From: the human T2T-CHM13v2.0 reference genome, Homo sapiens
Assembly (NCBI RefSeq): GCF_009914755.1
Contig: NC_060925.1
DNA length: 64,000 bases
Strand: one strand, 5' to 3'
Part shown: piece after piece, positions 54,641 to 64,000 of the stretch
How the letters are laid out: every line of letters starts with the position of its first letter
How positions within the stretch are numbered: position 1 is the first letter of the stretch
Notes under the pieces: model-generated
Told to the model about the DNA's origin: nothing
Seen by the model: the letters and a program-made list of their open reading frames with translations, nothing else
Database searches by the model: none
Made by a program: the position numbers and the translations under genes

Positions 54641-57619
54641 TCTCATTTGGTAGGAAAGAGTTTCTTTTTCCACCCAGAGACTTTAAACTCTACAATATCA
54701 GACATGTGACAATAAAACCATGAACCCAAATCCCACTCTCTTCTTGGCAGAGCAGAAAGCGTGGCAACTGGGACTCCTCCCAAAGGCTCCATACAGTGGA
54801 GAGTTTAGTGTTACTGGAGTTGGTGATAGCAAAGAAGCTGTGCACCTTTGGTGGAGTTGCTAAAGAGTCAGGTAGGGACATTGCACTAAACAATCCAATT
54901 CTGTGCTTTCAAAGGAAATCAGACTCCAACCTTCCTTCTGGAAGGCATTCTGGAGCCCATCAGGTCTACCCTCACTTTTCTCTTGGCCCTGGCTTATCTC
55001 TGTCTCCATCCAAGTATCTTAAAGCATCAGGGCCACAGGTGATCCTAACACATTGCCTAAGCCACAGCCTAAACTGAATGCACTCTGGTTGTTGCACTCT
55101 ATAATGGCCTCCAAATTCTAGAATCACCAAGATGGCAGGAAGCATAAAAGAATCTCACTTTCCAATCCAAGCAATGGCACAGACTTTGGCTTTGGACTCT
55201 AGAAGAATTCTCCACCAAAGTGTTCAGAACATCTTCTGAGTCTTTCCATAGTTAGAAGACCCTTTTTATCCTTGAAGCAAGCTGAGCACTGGAAAGTGTT
55301 CTCAAAGAAGCAGTTTTTTTTATTCCAAACTTGGATCTCTATGGGAGGCGAAGGAGGAAAAGCAAAGCCCAGGAAATTATTTGGAAGTAAGCTCCCCCTT
55401 GGGGCCCTCCCTTCATTCTTCTGCCCATTCATTCCAAAGCTTGAGGGTCCACTTCCCATCTTCCCCAGCATGGAGAGCTTTCTCATTGGCTCTGCAGACA
55501 AAAGAGCTGAAGAAACTACAACCACCATGAATGTGAGAGTTCAGAGTTCTGATTCAAAGCTGCTTCCCCATTGAGACAAAACAGTGGCCGGATTTTGGCT
55601 TCATGGTCAGCACCAAACAACCTATCCTGTGACTCTATGCTGCTTTGAAATGAGATAGTGGATATGGACGCTCTCTGAAACAGGTGGAGTGCTGTGCAGA
55701 TGGAGCGACCATCACTGCTGTTATCTGCTCTTTGTTTCCTTTGTGTAGATAATTCTCTCCAGGCTTCAGTCAAGCCCTAAGGGCAGCAAGGTGCAGGCCA
55801 GACAGGAACTAGCAGAGTGTTAGGCTCAGTTTGAGCTACAGAGCACTGGACAATGTGTCGATTTCAGAAAATGAAGACTCCAGGAGTACAGAATCTTCGG
55901 GGAGCAGTGTGGCAAGAAGCTGGATTCCTGTTCAATATGAGTGATTAACCAAATGTGCTTTTCTCTTCTCCCACCCCCCACCACCCCAGATCACCTCAGG
56001 TGATCAATGACAGTGAAGGAATTTTTTTAAAACATATTAATCTATAAGGTTAAGAGATGACAAAAAGCATGAGAGTCGAGATAAGAATGGATGAGAGAGC
56101 TCAACAAAAATAATAGGAGACAAAATATTATTTCAACAAAAATAGGATGTGTGTGGGGGCTGATGATTTGGTTATAAAGCTTTCAGTCCTATTTGGTTAA
56201 ATCTTAAAGCAGATTTATATACTATTTAACGAAAATATTATCATTACTTGTTTTCAAGAAAGAAGAAAGAGCACTTGGGGAGTCAGGAGACCTGGGTGTC
56301 AGACTATTCTCTGGCACTCCATGACAGCAGAGCTGCATCAGAAAAACTAACTGTGATTTGGAATGAGTCAAAATTTGTCTCCAGTTTCCCGTCTCTCATT
56401 TCCTAACTGTCCAGGCAGTCTGAGCCTCAGTTTACTCACCTCCTAAATGAGAATGCTGCCTATTTCATGGGATTGACAATAGGATTCAATGAAATAAATA
56501 AAACAATACCACATCTTAGAAAATATCATTCTTCTCTATTGCTGCATCCCCCTCCCCAACTCTAGGCAAGGATGTGGCACAGTTCAGGGCACCTGGTATT
56601 CACTTAATTAAAACCTGCAGTGTTACTGTGTATTTGTTCTTGGGACAGCGAGGACACAAAGTATCTCTTCTCTGCTGATTGGATTAAGAGCAAGGCCCAA
56701 GTGTGACTCTCAGAGCCTAGTGAAGAATTCCCTTGAGGAGATATGGCTAAGGGACAGGGAAGACAGGGTAGAAACCAGAAGTTCTTTGACCAAGTAGCAG
56801 CCCCACCCTTCACCCCTCCACTGTCAGAATGTTCTCTTCATGTAGTCCAATGCTCAGCCTCAACCTATACTGGCCTCCTATCCAATTACCCTGGCCTTCT
56901 GTGGAAAAAGGTAAAGATGGTTTCCATGGGGAGTTCCACTCTCTTGAGTGGCTCTGGACTGGCCAGGGAAGGCCTAAGGACTACCTGCCACACTAATTTC
57001 TCCACATTGCCTAAAATTCCAGTTGCATAACATTCAAAAAGGTGATTCTATCTGGTCCCTGCCCCAGACACTGACAGCCTAAACCCCACCTCAATTTCTA
57101 CAGCTTGAATCTCAGCTTTGTCCAAGCTAAGCTTGGGCCTAAGAAGTGGCTAGATGCTACAGAGGGTTAGCCCAGTCAAAGAAGAAAGGGGAGATGTATA
57201 TATAAATAAGAGATTTTCAATAACAATCTCATGTAACCCCTGACCAGGAGAGCCCCAAAGTCAGGAGCAAATAGGATTTTGGTTTTTCTAAGACAGACCA
57301 AGACCAGGGCCCTGGGTCTACCTGACATGAGACACAAACATCATTCCTTCATTCACCCTTCAGTAAATCTTTATTGAGCACTATACACCAGAAGAATCCC
57401 CACCCTTTTGAAACATATTGTCTCCTGTTCCTATGAAAGCCTTCTGTTTAAACTTTCACATATGTGCCCTTCTGCTATAGTGACTACCTCCCAACTCCCA
57501 GCTTTCAGCCCCACTCCAATCTATTCTACAGCCCTCTGTGAGCTCCAGTCCCATCACTGTCCTGCTCAAAAACATTCTGTGATTTCCTAATGCTTACTGA
57601 ATCAAGAAAGCTTATTCCC

Positions 57620-58220
57620 TCATCCAACAAATGCTTATTGTTTATCTACTATGTGCCAAATTTCTGTTCTAGGTGCTGGGGACACAGCAGTGAGCAAGAC
57701 AGACAAAAATTTCTGCCCTCGTGGTGCTTATATTCTAGCTGGGGAGACAGGCAATAAACAAGTAAAGTATGTAAGTCCATGGCAAGTTCTAAGAAGGACA
57801 AGGGGGCAACTGAAAAAGATTAGGAGGGGGTGGAGTGGATCCAAATTTTACGTGGACTAACCAGGGAGAAGATGACATTTGAGTAGAGCGCTAAGAATGT
57901 GATGGAGTCAAGTGGGTATCAGAGGGAAGATTATTCCAGAAAGAGGGCCCGGCAAGTAAAAAGCCCCAGGGCAGGAATGTACTTGCCCCACTAAAGGACC
58001 AGCAGGGAGGCCAGTGTGGCTGGGGCAAGGGGAGAGTTGGAGGTGGGGCATATGAGGTCTGAGAGGTAACAACTTTTACTCTGAGAGTAAGCGGGAGCCA
58101 CTGGAGGCTTTTGAGCAGAGGAGTGACGTAGGTAACTTGTTTTGCACAATTAATCTGGCTGCTGTGCTTAAGCTAGAAGGTAGAAAAAGGTCAGGCAGAG
58201 AGAGACCAGTTAGAAGGCCC
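57620..58220 (+). mobile_element. L2 fragment
   Basis: CAACAAATGCTTATTG...TACTATGTGCCA...CTAGGTGCTGGGGACACAGCAGTGAGCAAGACAGAC. Confidence 0.75.
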
Positions 58221-60549
58221 CTCTCTGGCCCTAGCCTACTTTTCCAACCATATCTTCTACCATTTTGCTACCCTTCAACCATAATAAATTTGTCTTCCTT
58301 GAATATGCTTTGCATCTGCTGATCTACCATCTTTAATGAAGTTGCCTCCATTTGGAATATTAATAACAACAGCTGGAACAATAGCTACTGCTTAATAAGC
58401 ATTAATGACCATTCAAACACTTTTCATGGTTATCTAAGTTCATTTACAGACATCTTTTTTAATGTTCATATTTTGTTCCCATTTATTGAGAAAGCTGAGG
58501 CTTTTTACAAATTGTGACCAGCTGGAGGGCCCCGTGCCCAATCAAACATAGGATGTAGAGCCATTGATGGCCTTTTGGTCTCAAGTGGACCATTTCCATC
58601 TTTGAGGATCTTCACATGACCCTCTGAGTATTTTCTCAGCAGAAGTCTTCACAAAAGGAGAGGGGAATGTTTAAGATGATCCTTAAAGTTCAGTAACCAT
58701 TTTCTAGATAGAAAAGGAGAACCAAAAAAAGCATTTCAGGCAAAGAGGATAATATTATAATAGTTCAGCAGTACCTCATGGGATAGTCAGGAAACTGCAG
58801 TTTGCTGAAGTGTAGCATTTGCAGGGATCGATTAGGCAGGAAACAGAACTGGAAGGAAGGCCTTGAATGTGACATCAAAGAGTTGGACTTTCTCCTCTTT
58901 ACAGTGAGGGGCATTGAAAAGTTTTGGGTAAAAAAACAAAAATATTGTTTAGGTTGGGCAAGGTAAGAGTGTCTAGAAATGGTGAGGACTGTGGCTACCT
59001 GGAAAGCGTGCTTTCTTTCTAAAAGAAGCAGCCACTAAGCTCTGGCTGACGGCTGCCGGACAGAAATACAGGTCCAATGTTGCCACTGGGAAATCTAGAT
59101 TTTTTATGTAAAATCTACTAATTTTTTATACATTTGCATTTTTTAACTTTTAATTACATGAGCCATATAAAACACCCCACAGGAGCTGCCATTTGGGGGC
59201 TTCTTTCCTGGAGTATGAATTAGCTCAAAGAGGACAGAGGCTTTGTCTGTGCTACTGTGTTCTCAGGGCCTCTCACACACTAGGTGTTCAACGTATCTTT
59301 GCTAAATGCATGTGTGTGGGTTAGTGATAGCATTTCTATTTTATTCTTGAGGAAACTAAGGCCCATAAAGGATAATCCCCAGGATCACATGAGAAGTGGT
59401 CAAGCTCAAGTTCAAGTCCAAATCCCTGAACTTCGAAATAGGCAAGTGGATTTGCAAGAGACATAGAATAAGAGTAGGAAGAGTGCTTCATCAGACCCTT
59501 CTATCGCCCCCTATCCCAGGGCTGCTCCCACATGTTACCAATGTCCTGTGCATGACTCCACCCGGTTTTCAATCCCCTGGGAAACTTTTGATCCTTCTGA
59601 GACTGTTTTACCCCTCTTATTTTGTTCAGGCCCAAGAATCAGAGACAAGGCTGCCTACACACCACCTGTCCCTCCCCAGCACAATGACATCTGCATACTA
59701 TTGAGCTGCTGCTAGCAGTAGCAGTTTCTCCTGGGCCTTTCGAATCCAAAGAAGGACCCATCAAGACTACGCTGGCCAGGTGCCTTGCCAGCTTAATTCC
59801 CTGGGGTAGCCAGGAAGCTTCAAAGCTCTTGTCTGCTCTAGTTCACTATTTACAAAACACTATGAGAAGAGCTGGGCACAGCTGCTGCAGAATAGAAATG
59901 GAAGGTGGTAGGGAAACAGTAGACCTAGCAAAGGGGTATTTGAGGAAATACAGTACCAGCACTGGAGGCTTCTAAAATAAGAGTCAGTCCTTTGAGTGGA
60001 AATGGCCAAAGTAAATAAATAAATAAATGTTTTTAAAAGTAAAATAAGAGTCATAATTTCTACTAAGTCCTACTCAGTTGAAATAAAATAGATACTTCCT
60101 TTCTTCCTCCCTTCCTTTCTCTCTTCCTCTAGTTAGCCAGTTACTCAATAAACATTTAATAAAGAACTTCAGTGTTCCACATTCTTCATAACTGCCAGGT
60201 AATGATTTAAATGGTGCCCATGAGCTAAGTGTATGATACTTAATTCATGCACTTCTGATTTATTAAGAAAGGAGAAGGAGGGAAGGAAACACTAGCATGT
60301 TTTACCAACTATGGCTATTCACAGGGGGAATGTTGTTATTGTTCTTGTTCCCCAATACAAATCTAAGAGTAATTTACCTATGTTAGCTTTTCTGGAATTG
60401 TTCCAGAATCTTGCGCTTTGAAGGAAAAGTTGTGGCTGCGTATTCTGCCCCTCTCTGTTTGGAAATCCCCTGCACAGCTTTGCCAGCTACTCAGCTTGGT
60501 TCATCAGGGGATTTTTTAAAAATTTAGTTTTTAAGAGTTTTATCCAAGG

Positions 60550-61160
60550 TCTCAAAGCTGGTAAATGGTGAGTAGGAAGTTGATTCTGCCCGATCTGTCT
60601 GACTCCATGCCCTTTCTATTAGGTCATGAAGGGGAACCTGAGGATTGGAGCTTTGGAATGTTAATCTTACCCAAAGGCCTGAAGTAATACCCCAGAATGT
60701 GAACATGTGTGACCATCTGCCTGTCCTGGGGGTGGGAAGAAGGCAGCATGCTCTATCCTTGACCCTGATTGAGCCCAGGGGCTGAATCTGGAGCTTTGGG
60801 GCCTGGGAACCTCTCTACCTGCGTCAATGTCTGGAGGCCCTGAGAGTTTCGCTCAGGCTCAGAGCAGGCATCGCAACCTCCCAGTTACTATTCTGTGCTG
60901 TGGCAAGTGCCAGCTTGTCCTCTCTTCCCCACCCAGCCCGGGAAACCGGCAGCATTTCTAGTTCAGGCCCAGACCCGTCCTGGCAGCCTGGATTCCACTG
61001 CCTAGGCAGGAAGCTCATCTCAGCCCAGTGACCTTTTCTCTCTGTTTTTTGTCACAGAGGAATTTCCATGCCAGCAGTATGGGGCAATGGGGGTGGGTGG
61101 CCAAAGGTTTCCCCCTTAAGCCACAAGAGCCATGGAGTGGAGGTAAGCTAAGCAAACAGA
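60550..61160. promoter_or_regulatory. IRF6 MCS-9.7 epithelial/orofacial enhancer (bounds approximate)
   Basis: ~9.7 kb upstream of the IRF6 TSS; p63-like sites GAACATGTGT (60701-60710) and TGGCAAGTGCCAGCTTGTCC (60901-60920); AP-2-like GCCCAGGGGC 60773-60782; matches remembered sequence. Confidence 0.8.
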
Positions 61161-61466
61161 GGAGGAAGGATGGGAGGGAAGGATCAGGAAGATTTAGAGA
61201 GTCCATTCCTCAGGCTGCTTCATCCTCAAATTCCAAGGTAAATAAAGGTGTTGGGAAGGATGCACTATATGTCCAGCTGCCCAGCCCTGAAGATCCTCCC
61301 CCTAGAGAACTGAGACAGGAGTTTTCTCACATTCCCACATGCAGGAGGGAAAGAGGCTGGGCCTGGGCAGGTCTAGAGAGTTCTGTTCCCCTGCCCCAGG
61401 GGAACACGCCTAGGCTTGCTGACCTCTCAGGTAGGAGTCTGTCAGGTTGGAAGCTGGGCCTCTCAT

Positions 61467-61469
61467 TGT

Positions 61470-61505
<36 letters not shown>

Positions 61506-61508
61506 CAC

Positions 61509-61540
<32 letters not shown>

Positions 61541-61543
61541 CAC

Positions 61544-61626
<83 letters not shown>
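61467..61626. repeat. Compound microsatellite [(TG)n(AG)nACAC]x3 + (TG)n
   Basis: Direct observation. Confidence 0.95.
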
Positions 61627-61628
<2 letters not shown>

Positions 61629-61650
61629 TGGGGGAGAGAAGCATATAGGA

Positions 61651-61804
61651 TAGGGTGGCCAGATTTAGCAAATAAAAATACAAGATGCCCAGTTAAATGT
61701 GAATTTCAGATAAACAATGAATACATGAATACACTAAACAATTATTTGTTGTTTATCTGAAATTCACATTTAACTGGGGATCCTTGATTTTACTGGCAAT
61801 CCCA
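61651..61804. mobile_element. MER53-like palindromic hAT MITE
   Basis: TIRs AGGGTGGCCAG / CTGGCAATCCC; internal 30-bp perfect inverted repeat. Confidence 0.8.
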
Positions 61805-62909
61805 ATAAAGGGAGTCGGGGCTTGAGGGAACTGGACTGAGGCTGGCACGCCCATTCCTTTGCCTCTCTGATTTCAGTGAGGTAGGGCTAATTCCCAGACA
61901 TATACCCCTGCCTTGACCTGCTCCTAACCTTGAAGCCAGAGAATCCCTTAGACATTGGCTTTTCAGGGCATACACGGGCCCCAACCCACATAGCTAGGGC
62001 TCCTTTGACTTCAGTTCTCAAACTCCAGAGACTTTCATGACAACTGTTAATGCTCCATCCTGGAGCCCCTTTGAAGATGAAAAGCTCTCCTGAGAAGTGG
62101 AGTGCTCTGTTGTTGTAATTAACATAATTAAAAGCAATTTGTCTCATAGTCCCATAGGAAACTGGGGGACTTCCCTTCTTGTATGAAATCCCCACCACAC
62201 TCTCCCAGGAGATGGACACCACTTCTAACCCAAGCCTAGCCCCAGTCCCTGTTCCCACCCCATTCTGACTTAGATATAGAGGTTGTTTCATATTTTTTGT
62301 TTGTTTCACCTTTCAGATGATTCTTCATCAAAACAGGGCACCCAGATCTCCAGACACAGGACCCCATCTCTCCTGTTTGTGTCTGCTTTCCTGGGTTGAA
62401 AACACCTCGTGAATGGTAAATCCCAAAGCTTTACCATTTCAACCTTAGCTCTGCACCCAGTCAGAAAGGATGTCCGCTGCTGTGGTCTTACCTCTCATCC
62501 CACATGCCCTGACCACTAGAAGCAAATGCTTCCTTGATTCCAAGAGTCAGGCTGTGGCTGTGCAGAGTGACCAGGCAAAGAACATGTAAGCATTACTCTG
62601 CTAAAGCAGCTTGGTCATGCAATGGTAACCAGGGTAGGAAAGTTCATGTCCAGAAGCCCTGCACAGAGTCTGTTGTCTTAATTATTTCTAGGAGTGCATC
62701 CTTCTGCATTCCCCAAGGAGATGATAAACTCTTCCACAGAAAGAGCTGCAGCATTTCATTCCCCAGTGGCCCAGCATAGAGAAGATGTTGTGTTACTAAT
62801 TGGGTTGGGCCAAATTAATCTATTCCTGATAGGCCAAAGAAGCATCTCTGTCTCTTTCTGGGTTTCCAGGGCTCTTACCAGACAGCTCTGGGGTTTCCTG
62901 GCATACCTA

Positions 62910-63298
<389 letters not shown>

Positions 63299-64000
63299 TC
63301 AGAATCTATTTTTTAATACCTTTATGTTGGTTGTGCTTTAGATTCTCTTGGAAAATCATGAGAGGGAAGAGCCCTAGAGTGCAGAGGAAAGCACTCTGAG
63401 GGCTTGGTCTTTAAAGTTTGCTCCTCTCCCCGCAACATACACACACACACACATCCATGCATCCACACACACGCACACCTTCATCTGGGAGCAGCAGAGC
63501 TAGCTCTTCCCCACCCATTTTCTCTTTCATTCAGTTTAACTTAATAGGAACTGAGGCTTAGACAGCAAATAGTGCTCAATAACAATAATCATAGCCCGAA
63601 TTGAGCATAACTGACCTGGCCTCTTTGAGATTCAGGGTTACCAGAACATGTCATTAAGGGATTCTCTGACAGAGGCTCAATGACAGACAGTGGTGAAAAG
63701 CCCTCTGAAATAGCTTCACCATGAGAGAGGAGACTCTGGACGGGTGACAGAGGGCCTAGAACCCATCAGACGGGGAGTTGGTTCTGGAAACAGCATGCAG
63801 CTGACACTGACACCTCCTTCCAACCCATTCACCTGACCCTATGGGACTGCTAGGGAAATGGCTAGCACTTGTGAACTGAAGAGTTTGGACCCTAAAGAGC
63901 TGTGCCATTGACAGCTAGTCCTGCATGGCAGACATGAAGCAGAGTATCACAAGTTACAGGGACCCGGGAAAGAAGAAAGGGGAGAATGGGGGAGAATGTC

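Noticed and set aside
55199-55773. Overlapping ~100-aa ORFs upstream of IRF6
   Set aside because: No recognisable homology or exon structure

Overview
Human genomic DNA recognisable as the 1q32.2 TRAF3IP3-C1orf74-IRF6 locus (about 45% GC by eye, rich in Alu/L1/L2/MIR/MaLR repeats). TRAF3IP3 (+ strand): two inferred 5'UTR exons and 15 coding exons from ATG 4800 to TGA 26916, summing to 1656 nt = 551 aa (coiled-coil protein with a C-terminal TM anchor). C1orf74 (- strand): single coding exon 28402-27593 (269 aa), CpG-island promoter at ~29.2-29.6 kb, tail-to-tail with TRAF3IP3. IRF6 (- strand): 9 exons, CDS 46183-33188 summing to 1404 nt = 467 aa, CpG-island promoter at ~50.3-51.1 kb, and the p63/AP-2 orofacial enhancer MCS-9.7 at ~60.6-61.2 kb. 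Most ORFs in the supplied track are repeat or chance artefacts. I found no new protein family or self-contained novel system. The best leads are: (1) a spliced 46-codon TRAF3IP3 uORF whose stop overlaps the main start (ATGA); (2) a latent splice donor across the IRF6 stop codon that could join C1orf74 exon 2; (3) a 1.8-kb E-box-dense minisatellite beside a putative intronic promoter; (4) interleaved convergent poly(A) signals; (5) local duplication and templated-insertion scars; (6) a MER53 hairpin with a perfect 30-bp stem. SNP and enhancer identities and repeat subfamily names are from memory of the locus, not from a lookup. Repeat boundaries are approximate.
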